A stretch of DNA of 32,000 nt from Nitratidesulfovibrio vulgaris str. Hildenborough (lineage in GTDB: Bacteria > Desulfobacterota > Desulfovibrionia > Desulfovibrionales > Desulfovibrionaceae). Shown here in pieces: positions 1-7,845 of this stretch. Each line of letters starts with the position of its first letter. Within the stretch, counting starts at the first letter, position 1. Location of the stretch: assembly GCF_000195755.1 (NCBI RefSeq), contig NC_005863.1, forward strand, positions 90,001-122,000. The letters are read 5' to 3'. The notes beneath the pieces are model-generated. The model saw only the letters and a program-made list of their open reading frames with translations. It had not been told where the DNA came from and did no database searches. Made by a program: the position numbers and the translations under genes.

Positions 1-315
1 GACGGGATGCTCCGCCATGCGGTCGAATATCGAGAAGAACGCCACGAAAGGCGCAGAGAGTACGCCAATGCCCGGAGGTACGGGCGGGGTTCCCCTGTAG
101 GACTTGGCGTATTTTCCGAGTGACACCTCGTTCATGTAGTCGAGGTCGAAGTCCAGCCCCATGGTGAAGCTGTGCCCAAGCGTGCAGGCGTCGTCATGGA
201 TTGCCTCTTTCGAATACCACCATGCATTGGCTCCGATTGTATAGGAAAGGCAGAAGACGGTGCCGATGACGAGAATGATGCCTATGGCGTCTTTCCATGC
301 ATAGCGGGATGGCAT
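1..315 (-). CDS. hypothetical membrane protein, N-terminal fragment (gene continues past the left edge of the window)
   Basis: My own minus-strand translation from ATG (315-313) reads MPSRYAWKDAIGIILVIGTVFCLSYTIGANAWWYSKEAIHDD... and stays open for all 105 codons down to position 1. It is missing from the ORF track only because it has no stop in the window. AAGGAA lies 5 nt upstream of the ATG, and a hydrophobic helix (IGIILVIGTVFCL) sits near the N-terminus. It is on the same strand and 43 nt downstream of the methyltransferase gene. No family is assignable. Confidence 0.5.
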   Translation of the reverse strand, partial: MPSRYAWKDAIGIILVIGTVFCLSYTIGANAWWYSKEAIHDDACTLGHSFTMGLDFDLDYMNEVSLGKYAKSYRGTPPVPPGIGVLSAPFVAFFSIFDRMAEHPV

Positions 316-358
316 GACAGTTCCTTGCGATTGATGGTGCGTGCCTGTTGTCTGTCGA

Positions 359-988
359 TCACGCTGTCTTGCGTACGATGATGATGCCCTGGGTCAGGCC
401 CAGTCGATAGCTCATGCCCTGCTTCAGGATGGTCCCGTGGCGGCTGGCTGTTCTGAGGACTTCATCGAACGTGAGGGGGCGTTCATCATGGAAGGGCCAC
501 CGCCCGATGAATTCGAGAAGCCCGCGTGTGAGCCTGTACAGCCATGTAGGCGTGGGGAACGAGATGTAGACGGTCCCCCCGGGTCTGGCGAGGGCGAAGT
601 GTCTGTCTATCATGGTTGCGGTATCGGCTTCGTCGAAGTGTTCGATGAGTCCGAAGCTGATAACGCAGTCGGCCGTCTCGTGATATTCGGTGAGGTCATC
701 TTGAAGGATGTCACGTTGTATGTATGCCGTATTCGGGTCGCCTGAAATCTTGCGCGCAAAGGCCTCGGTGGGGGCGCACCTGTCGACGAGGCTCAACCGT
801 GCATGCGGGAAGAGGCTCTTGAAACGGTCATAGAAGATGGAATTGGCGCCGCCAAGCTCGACGAGGCTCTTCAGGCCGGGAGCGAATCGGGCCATGTCCT
901 TCTTGAAGCTTGCGAAGGCAAGTTTCGAGGTGATGTCGGAGCATGTGCTTCTCGTGTCATAGTACGTGCACCAGTCCGTAACGCGCAT
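359..988 (-). CDS. class I SAM-dependent methyltransferase
   Basis: This is the C-terminal 209 aa of ORF 359..1471(-). Motif I-like LVELGGANS lies about 40 aa after the proposed start, followed by DCVISFGLIEHFD and ARPGGTVYISFP in the usual methyltransferase order. I set the start at ATG 988 (MRVTDWCTYYD...); ATG 895 is an alternative. The upstream 161 codons of the track ORF are R/H/P/Q-rich and lie out of frame over the GT2-GtrA gene, so I excluded them. Confidence 0.7.
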   Translation of the reverse strand: MRVTDWCTYYDTRSTCSDITSKLAFASFKKDMARFAPGLKSLVELGGANSIFYDRFKSLFPHARLSLVDRCAPTEAFARKISGDPNTAYIQRDILQDDLTEYHETADCVISFGLIEHFDEADTATMIDRHFALARPGGTVYISFPTPTWLYRLTRGLLEFIGRWPFHDERPLTFDEVLRTASRHGTILKQGMSYRLGLTQGIIIVRKTA

Positions 989-2094
989 CTCCCCCGGGCA
1001 TCCTTCTGCTTCGTGAAGATGAGTTCGCGCTGGATGATGAAGCTGAACAGGAAAAGGACACACTCTATGAAGATCTTTGCGGCATAGACATTGGTGCCGG
1101 ACGCCGCAAGAGCCTTGATGGAGACATAGGCGATGCTGCCCATCAGAAGGACGGTGAGGGCATACAGGAGGAGCGTGACGGAATGGCGCCGCGTGGAGCG
1201 GAACACGATCTCCCTGTTGACGGTGTAGTTGAAGGCACCCGCGCACAGCCGCGCAAAGACGATGCTGAGCCCCACGCTTGAACTGAGGGCGAAGAACGCG
1301 CCGAAGACGAGGTAGTCTATGGCGAAGGTCAGCAGCGCGGAGATGTTGAACCGGAGGAACACCATATAGATCTTGATGGAGTCCCAGAACGGGTTGAAGC
1401 TGGATGTCGCATTGTTGTCGATGTAGACGGTTTCGATGGGCAATTGTCTTAAAGGGATCTTCTGCTCGCAAACGGTCATGAGCATGTCCAGTTCGAAGTC
1501 GTAGCCACCAGACTTGAGTCTGAGCAACGAAGTGAACAGGAACGATGGGATGCCACGTAGACCGGTCTGCGTGTCTGTGATGTCGACGCCTGCGAGAAAG
1601 CGTGCGACGCTACGGGTCACGGTGTTGCCGAACCTGCTGCGGAACGGAACGGACTCCCCGTCGAATGCCCGCACCCCCAGCACCAGTTCCCGCCCGCCCG
1701 CCTGAAGGGCCTTTGCAACGGCGATGCAGTCCTTGGCGAGGTGCTGACCGTCAGCGTCCAGCGTCACAGCCCCCACGGTTTCGGGGTGGTTGACGGCGAT
1801 GTGGTTGATGCCCGTCTTGAGTGCGTTGCCCTTGCCGAGATTCGTCGCATGGCGCAGGACGGTGACCCCCATCCCCTCCAGGGCGTCGAACAGGTGCCGG
1901 TACTCCATGCCGCTACCGTCATCGACGCAGACGATGGCATGGAACGTGCCCGACTCTCCGAGTTCACGGACAATCCCGAGAAGACCGGGCGTGGGCTTGT
2001 AGGCGGGGATAAGTGCGACAGGCAGCATGAAGCCCTCAGGGGCTGGTGCGTCATCGTGTCTGGGAGTGGTGTCCACGGTGGGGGAGGTGCTCAT
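871..2094 (-). CDS. family 2 glycosyltransferase fused to a GtrA-like membrane domain
   Basis: The N-terminal half shows GT2 signatures: ALIPAYKP, VCVDDGS, LDADGQH. The C-terminal half has about four hydrophobic helices typical of GtrA (FNISALLTFAIDYLVFGAFF, LSIVFARLCAGAF, VTLLLYALTVLLMG, IFIECVLFLFSFII). An ATGA start/stop overlap with the upstream gene at 2091-2094 suggests translational coupling. The last ~40 aa are R/S/T/P-rich, overlap the methyltransferase gene and are probably just a late stop. Confidence 0.85.
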   Translation of the reverse strand: MSTSPTVDTTPRHDDAPAPEGFMLPVALIPAYKPTPGLLGIVRELGESGTFHAIVCVDDGSGMEYRHLFDALEGMGVTVLRHATNLGKGNALKTGINHIAVNHPETVGAVTLDADGQHLAKDCIAVAKALQAGGRELVLGVRAFDGESVPFRSRFGNTVTRSVARFLAGVDITDTQTGLRGIPSFLFTSLLRLKSGGYDFELDMLMTVCEQKIPLRQLPIETVYIDNNATSSFNPFWDSIKIYMVFLRFNISALLTFAIDYLVFGAFFALSSSVGLSIVFARLCAGAFNYTVNREIVFRSTRRHSVTLLLYALTVLLMGSIAYVSIKALAASGTNVYAAKIFIECVLFLFSFIIQRELIFTKQKDARGRCALRTGARTMTREAHAPTSPRNLPSQASRRTWPDSLPA

Positions 2095-4022
2095 TTCGTT
2101 GCCTCCACGAACAGGCTTTCAGGTTTGTATGGGCTGCCGTCGTTGCAGGTATCCAAAGCATACGAAGAGAAACCGGGAATGGCCGACTCTGCCGCCGTCA
2201 TCCGCCGAATCCGTGTAAAGCCGACCTGCCTGAGCAGCAGTTCAAGCGAGACCTCGTCATACATCCACAGGCGCGGTTCGCCCGAAAGTCTGAACCTGCC
2301 GAGACGTTCATGGTCTGTCTCCCGAGGCGGGGGCGGGGTGAGCGGATGTCTCTCCGGCGCGAAGGCGTAGCGCAGGCGTTGCCAGAATGTGGGGTGCGGT
2401 GCGTCGTCGGGCGTCGTCGTGTCGCTTTGCGGGGGCTGCACATCGGGGGCACCCCGTCCATGCTGCTGCAGGGCGAGGATGCTTCGCACCGCCTCCACGC
2501 CATTGGTTTCGAACACATATCCAGCTGCGGGCATGGGGTCGTACATCCGGAAGCGGAGCATCTCCCCGCCCGGTTCATGGCGGCAAAGCTGGTCGATGAG
2601 GTTGATCACCGCATAGTCATGCCGTGCCAGCGCATCGTCTCCGGTGGCCCCTGCGGCAAGGGCCGCACGGGCGTCTTCGAAGGCTCTGCGGTAGTTCTCC
2701 GTCAGCCAGAGAAGATCGGCGACGACGAGGCGAAGCACCCCGCCGTGACGGATAACCCTGTGGCATTCCGAGAGAAAGCGCGATGCCTCGGCGCGGTCGA
2801 AATGTTCCAGCACGTGTGAGGCGTAGATGGCGTCGGCATGTGCATCGTCGAACGGCAAGGGCTGTCTCAGGTCATGGGGCAGCACACCGGGGGCGGTCGT
2901 CGCGAGGTCGACGTTGACCCATCCCTCGCAGACGCGTTCGCCGCATCCGAGATTGAGGTACGTTCCATCCGGACGGGGGCGGATGGAAGGCATCGCGTTG
3001 CCACGGCGTTCGGCGGCGCGTCGTTCGCAAAAGGTGTGCAGCCCTTCCTGCCACTGGCGGATGGCGTCGCGGGGGAGGGTGATGGTCGAAGGGCCGTCGT
3101 GTCGTCCCGCGTGCCAGCGCCTGATGCCGTCCATGTCGTCCCGCGCGACCACGGCAAGCCCTGTCTCTCGGGCAATCTCCTTCGCGCGGTTGTCGACATG
3201 GAGGATGAGTGAGCTGTGCCCCTGCTCAAGACTCCAGATGCCGGCATGAAGCCGCGTGCCCACATAGTCCCATGTGTCGCGGGCGGCGAGCACATCGAGG
3301 CTCGATGGCTGATGCCCCAGTATCTCGATGTGTTCGCGGTGCTCCTCGAAGGCGGGCAGCGACGTGATGTACTCCATGTCGTGGCTGCCCTGCGGAAAGA
3401 AGACGAGGCCTTCGGGGTAGAGGGCGGCGAGGGTGCGTATCAGGGCGTCATCCGCCGGGCTTCTGGAATAGTCCGTGAGCGTGAAGAGGCAGGCTTTCGC
3501 CGCACCTGTCCGGGCCGTCTCACGTCCGTGCAACTGCCACAGCGTGGGACAGGTGGTGTTGTACAGCCCCCCGACCCGGCACTGATGAAGTTGCGAGAGG
3601 CTGTAGCCGTCGCGAAGCGAATGCGGCCCCGCAGGCGCAAGCACCTTGCGATAGAACCACGCGGTCTGGGCATCGGGTTCATCCTGATACTGCCACCAGC
3701 CCACGCCGCAGAGTACCGCATTGAAGGCGGGCGGGTCGGCGTGGCGTAGCGGGTCGTCGAACAGCTTCCACTGGTTGTAGTGCCCGATGTGCGACGAAAG
3801 GAGATTGGTGCCGGCGACAAGGTTGAGGTCGGCATCCACGGCGCGTTCGAGCAACTCCCGTGCGGGTGGAGTATGGGTCGAGATGCGTTCTATGGTGGCG
3901 TCGGGAAACAGGTCATCGACGATGCGATCGACACTTTTCCTGATGATGAGGTCGCCGAGATTGGTACTCGGTCGCCCTTCATTATCCTGAAGGGCCGGGT
4001 CGAAGATGTTGATGCGTGTCAT
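2091..4022 (-). CDS. polysaccharide pyruvyl transferase domain fused to a SAM-dependent methyltransferase domain
   Basis: aa 1-~330 carry NLGDLII near the N-terminus and VGTRLHAGIWSLEQGHSSLILHVDNRAKE, the two hallmark segments of the PS_pyruv_trans (CsaB/WcaK-like) family. aa ~350-643 carry YLNLGCGER (motif I), AIYASHVLEHF and IRHGGVLRLVV, typical of a class I methyltransferase. Confidence 0.75.
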   Translation of the reverse strand: MTRINIFDPALQDNEGRPSTNLGDLIIRKSVDRIVDDLFPDATIERISTHTPPARELLERAVDADLNLVAGTNLLSSHIGHYNQWKLFDDPLRHADPPAFNAVLCGVGWWQYQDEPDAQTAWFYRKVLAPAGPHSLRDGYSLSQLHQCRVGGLYNTTCPTLWQLHGRETARTGAAKACLFTLTDYSRSPADDALIRTLAALYPEGLVFFPQGSHDMEYITSLPAFEEHREHIEILGHQPSSLDVLAARDTWDYVGTRLHAGIWSLEQGHSSLILHVDNRAKEIARETGLAVVARDDMDGIRRWHAGRHDGPSTITLPRDAIRQWQEGLHTFCERRAAERRGNAMPSIRPRPDGTYLNLGCGERVCEGWVNVDLATTAPGVLPHDLRQPLPFDDAHADAIYASHVLEHFDRAEASRFLSECHRVIRHGGVLRLVVADLLWLTENYRRAFEDARAALAAGATGDDALARHDYAVINLIDQLCRHEPGGEMLRFRMYDPMPAAGYVFETNGVEAVRSILALQQHGRGAPDVQPPQSDTTTPDDAPHPTFWQRLRYAFAPERHPLTPPPPRETDHERLGRFRLSGEPRLWMYDEVSLELLLRQVGFTRIRRMTAAESAIPGFSSYALDTCNDGSPYKPESLFVEATK

Positions 4023-4114
4023 GGCTACGTCCTAGGCTCCTGCCCCGTTTCCGTGTGTGTGTCGCGCCGTTGCCGTAAAGCGCGGCATGGGGCCTTCGGC
4101 CCGCCGGGACACGG

Positions 4115-6271
4115 TCATGGGTGCATTCCGAGGCGGGATTTCGTGCCCCTGTAGACGCGGCGCAAGGCCATCCATACCGGCGTGGGGAGTTCCCTGCGCA
4201 GCCAGTTCTTGAACGCACTGCCGGGCCGCGGGTCTGAAACGGGGATGGACGGTTCTGCCTCGTGCGCTTCGGTATGCGCGAAGAAGATGTTCTTGCCGAG
4301 ACGTCCGGGCGCAAGCAGGCCTGCCTCTTCGAGATTGGTGTGAAAGCTGTGATACTCCGCCTGCAGGCAGCGGCTGTTCCGTGCGTAGAGTGCCGCCCAT
4401 GTGCCGAGGCTGGCCCGCAGGTTCGCGTCCGCATGCAACTGGTGCAGCCTCGTGATGAGGGCGTCAGGGGTCTCGTCCACGAGAAAACCTGAAACACCGT
4501 CCACGACCGCGTCTGGCAACCCCGTGCAGCGGTAGGCGAGGGAGGGGATGCCGCAGCAGGCGGCTTCCATGAGTGTCTGCCCGAACGTTTCGGCATGGCT
4601 GAAGCTCACCACCACGTCTGCCGCACGGTAGGCCGTAGCAACGGCTTCAGGGTCATGCAGGTAGCCGAGGGCCGTGAGTATGGGGAAGCGTGCGATCATC
4701 TCCTGTTCGACCACGCCGAAGCATATCACCTGAAGGTTCTCAAGCCCGGCCCCTGAAAGAGCCTCAAGACCCTCCACGGAACCCTTGAACGGCGACGAGA
4801 AGTCGACCATGGGCATGAGGACCACGAAGGCGTCCATGTCCAGCCCGAGTTGGCGGCGCGCTTCGAGCCTGTCTCCGGGGTGGAAGATGGATTCGTCGCA
4901 ACCGAGGCGAAGCAGCCGCGCCTCATGCCCGGGCGTGGTGCAGCCATCATGCTGGGCGCGTGTCCAGTTGCTGTTGGCCAGTGCGAGAAACGTGTCGCGG
5001 GCCATGACCTCGCGCTTGGCGTCCCATGCCTTGCGGATGTCCCCGGCGGCGATGGTGGGATAGGTGTCGGGGCTTGGGCAGGTGTGGTCGCACCCTGCAA
5101 GGTGTCTGACGCAGTCGAGAAAGCCGGGATGCGGGCAATGTCCGGTGAGCAGCCACAGGTCATGCAGGCAGAAGCATGTGGGCCAGCGGTCTGTAAGCCT
5201 GACGAGCATGTCCGAGTCGGCGATGGTGCAATGGAGATTGCCGCAGACGACGACATCGGGCTCGAAGGCCTCGATCTCGGAAATGATCCTCGCCGCAGTC
5301 GCCTCGAAAACATCGCGGGGACTCTGGAACCCCGTGGCCCATCCCCTGACCGTGTGCCCCGCCGAGGAAACGGCCGTGAAAAGGCGCTGGTGCGCGATAC
5401 CCGCCCCGTACTGGAACCCGATGTCGTTGACGAAGGCGACCTTGAGGGGGGGCGGGGGTGGCGGAAGAGTGGTGCGCGTGATGGGCGGCAGGCCATGCGT
5501 GGTGCGCCAAGCATTGGCCACCGGGATGTATTCGTCGGGGGATGCGTCGGGGTTGTTGGTCTTCTGTTCTTCATGCAGGCGGAACATGGCGACGGGTGCG
5601 CCGATGACATGCAGTCGGGCACCGCATGAGGCGAAGCGAAGCCACATTTCGACATCCATGCAGTAATGGAGGTCCTCCCGCACTTGCCCGCCCGCCCGCT
5701 GCCACAGGTCGCGGGTGAACATGACCTCGGGCTGGTAGAAGAACTTGCCTGTCTGCCAGCCGCCGTAGAGGTCTGAAATCTCTTCCGCAGGCAGGGTGCC
5801 ATCGGCGCAGGACGTGAGATGGGTCCCCAGATATCCCCCGTTCCGATACAGCTGGCAGCCTCCGGCTACCATGTCGGCACCGGACATGTGAAAGGCCATG
5901 GCCACAGCCGCAAGCGCCCCCGGGGCAAGCAGGTCGTCGCTGTTGAGCCATGTGACGATTTCGCCCGTGGCAAGGCGCATGCCCTTGTTGATGGCGTTCG
6001 ACTGACCGGTGTCGGGCTCTTGTATGATGCGGGCGACGTGACCCCTGTATCTGTCAAGGATGGCGGCTGTTCCGTCCTTCGATGCACCATCGACGATGAT
6101 ATGCTCTACATCGGGGTATCCCTGTTCGAGAACGGAGATGATGGTCTCTTCGATGTACTTCGCATTGTTGTAGGACGGCGTGACGATGGATATGCGAGGC
6201 CATGCACTGCCGTCGGGAAGCGTGGATGGTATGGCGACGGGGTGCTGGTTTTTCCTGAAAGCTTTGAGCAT
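4115..6271 (-). CDS. bifunctional glycosyltransferase (N-terminal GT2, C-terminal GT4/GT1-fold)
   Basis: The GT2 part shows ISIVTPSYNNAKYIEETIISVLEQGYPDVEHIIVDGASKDGT and LNSDD. The GT4 part shows SHAETFGQTLMEAACCGIPSLAYRCTGLPDAVVDGVSGFLV, an E-x7-E-like nucleotide-sugar site. Length is 718 aa. Confidence 0.85.
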   Translation of the reverse strand: MLKAFRKNQHPVAIPSTLPDGSAWPRISIVTPSYNNAKYIEETIISVLEQGYPDVEHIIVDGASKDGTAAILDRYRGHVARIIQEPDTGQSNAINKGMRLATGEIVTWLNSDDLLAPGALAAVAMAFHMSGADMVAGGCQLYRNGGYLGTHLTSCADGTLPAEEISDLYGGWQTGKFFYQPEVMFTRDLWQRAGGQVREDLHYCMDVEMWLRFASCGARLHVIGAPVAMFRLHEEQKTNNPDASPDEYIPVANAWRTTHGLPPITRTTLPPPPPPLKVAFVNDIGFQYGAGIAHQRLFTAVSSAGHTVRGWATGFQSPRDVFEATAARIISEIEAFEPDVVVCGNLHCTIADSDMLVRLTDRWPTCFCLHDLWLLTGHCPHPGFLDCVRHLAGCDHTCPSPDTYPTIAAGDIRKAWDAKREVMARDTFLALANSNWTRAQHDGCTTPGHEARLLRLGCDESIFHPGDRLEARRQLGLDMDAFVVLMPMVDFSSPFKGSVEGLEALSGAGLENLQVICFGVVEQEMIARFPILTALGYLHDPEAVATAYRAADVVVSFSHAETFGQTLMEAACCGIPSLAYRCTGLPDAVVDGVSGFLVDETPDALITRLHQLHADANLRASLGTWAALYARNSRCLQAEYHSFHTNLEEAGLLAPGRLGKNIFFAHTEAHEAEPSIPVSDPRPGSAFKNWLRRELPTPVWMALRRVYRGTKSRLGMHP

Positions 6272-6399
6272 AACGTTCCGATCACTTGCTGTTACAAGAC
6301 ACGTTTCGCCATGTCTTTGCCGTGGTTCATGATGTGAATCGCTGCGTCACTTGACGTTGTGAATGTATCACGTGACGTATCAATGGTATATGCCGTACA

Positions 6400-7737
6400 T
6401 CATGGTGCTGGCTTGTCGAATGGCGCAACCTTGAGAAATCCATCCATCGCATTGGATGCAAGTCTCTCATCTGCGGGCCCATGCATCCCATGATGTTCTT
6501 GATTTATGATGTCATCCTCATATATATCTGTGTATCTTTGTGCAATGTTTTTTCCATTAAAACGGTTCATGGCGAACATCCGGGCTTTCTGACGGAGAGA
6601 CTCCATGTCACTCGAAAGCAGCCTGTCGAGTGCTTCGGCAAGGTGTTGCGGCTGGTTGCCCGAGATGAAACCCGTTTCCCCGTCCTGGAAAGCCTCTGTG
6701 CTGCCACCCGCATCGAAGGATATGACCGGGGTTCCGCAACATTGCGCCTCGCAAAGGGTGTTGGAGAGGTTGTCGAGACGTGATGGATGCACGAAGACAT
6801 CCGCCATGTTGTACCAGTCCACCAGTGATTCCGCATCGAGGCTTCCGACATGCCGCGTGGGGAACGATGCCAGCAGGTTCGCCCCGCCTGCACCGAAGAG
6901 TACGAGTTCGAATGAGATGTGCGGACGTCTCTGTGCGAACTGTTCCATCGCTTCGACCATGCACCCGATGTTCTTGCGGGGATTGTCGAGGGACTCGACG
7001 CCGGTGAGTACGATGAACGTGTCCTTCTCGACCCCGTACTGGCTACGCAGGCTTGCCCTGTCGCGCGGCGCGAAAAGGGTCGTGTCGTGCGTGTTGGGAA
7101 TGACAGCGACCTTCTTCCCGGTGAAGAGCGGGCTTCGGCGGGCTTTGTCGGCCAGCCATGCGCTGGGGCTGACCATGGTGATGTCGAGTTCACGGTACAG
7201 AAGGCGTTTGAACCGGTGCGCCTGCAAGCTGACATCGTTGGGGGCAGGATGCGCCAGCAGGGGACAGTTGCCGCATTCATGCTCATACCGTTCGCATGAG
7301 ACATGATAGTGACAGCCACCCGTGAAGGGGTTCATGTCGTGGAGTGTCCACACGAGCTTCTTGTTCCGCAGCAGCCTGAAGAGGGCGGGGGAGTAGAGGA
7401 TGCCTGACGCCCAGTGGAGGTGGACGACGTCGGCGGCCTCGACGATATGGTCGGGCAATGCCGGAGAGGCGAGAAGTGTGGACGTGTCGGAAAAGAGCTC
7501 ACACGCGCCTTGTTCGCGTGTTTCGGGCGTGGAGAGTGTGCTCCAGTACCGGAAGAGTGGAGACATGAAGGGCGTTGCGTCAGGTCGCTGGTAATTGAGC
7601 GCCACATGCCCCGGCTGCACGGGGTCGCAGCAGGCGAGGGTGCATGCATGTCCGTACTCGACAAGTGCGGAATGGAGGCGCTGTGCCGCATAGGTCGCCC
7701 CGCCTGCGGGCAGCGCCGTGATGGTCAGTATGTTCAT
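6400..7737 (-). CDS. GT4-family glycosyltransferase
   Basis: I set the start at ATG 7737 (MNILTITALPAGGATYAAQRL...), a typical GT4 N-terminus. The C-terminal segment VHPSRLDNLSNTLCEAQCCGTPVISFDAGGSTEAFQDGETGFI is also typical. The 17 extra N-terminal codons of the track ORF are not needed. Confidence 0.85.
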   Translation of the reverse strand: MNILTITALPAGGATYAAQRLHSALVEYGHACTLACCDPVQPGHVALNYQRPDATPFMSPLFRYWSTLSTPETREQGACELFSDTSTLLASPALPDHIVEAADVVHLHWASGILYSPALFRLLRNKKLVWTLHDMNPFTGGCHYHVSCERYEHECGNCPLLAHPAPNDVSLQAHRFKRLLYRELDITMVSPSAWLADKARRSPLFTGKKVAVIPNTHDTTLFAPRDRASLRSQYGVEKDTFIVLTGVESLDNPRKNIGCMVEAMEQFAQRRPHISFELVLFGAGGANLLASFPTRHVGSLDAESLVDWYNMADVFVHPSRLDNLSNTLCEAQCCGTPVISFDAGGSTEAFQDGETGFISGNQPQHLAEALDRLLSSDMESLRQKARMFAMNRFNGKNIAQRYTDIYEDDIINQEHHGMHGPADERLASNAMDGFLKVAPFDKPAP

Positions 7738-7845
7738 TGGCGGGCCATGTCTCCTGAAGTAAGGCTCCTGATTCGGGGCGGGCGGCACCTGTCCGCCCAG
7801 CCAGCGTCCGGGGCATGACGCCCCGTCCTGCGGTGTGCACGGCGG

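Noticed and set aside
989-1471. N-terminal 161 codons of track ORF 359..1471
   Set aside because: This part is R/H/Q/P/C-rich and lies entirely out of frame over the GtrA-like membrane domain of the upstream gene. Methyltransferase homology starts only after ATG 988.
4088-4103. Short GC hairpin (gggcc-ttc-ggccc) downstream of the GT2-GT4 gene
   Set aside because: The stem is only 5 bp and no U-tract follows on the transcribed strand. The next gene starts about 65 nt further on and is probably co-transcribed.
4726-5802. 358-aa minus-strand ORF in an alternative frame of the GT2-GT4 gene, and similar overlapping ORFs between 4785 and 5951
   Set aside because: They are P/S/R/T/A-rich low-complexity translations wholly nested in a gene whose own frame shows GT2 and GT4 signatures.
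6358-6372. CRP-like half-sites tgtga-atgta-tcacg and neighbouring cgtca/tgacg and tcacgtga mini-palindromes upstream of the GT2-GT4 gene
   Set aside because: The spacer is 5 nt rather than 6, one half-site is imperfect and the arms are only 4-5 bp. This is too short to distinguish from chance without comparative data.
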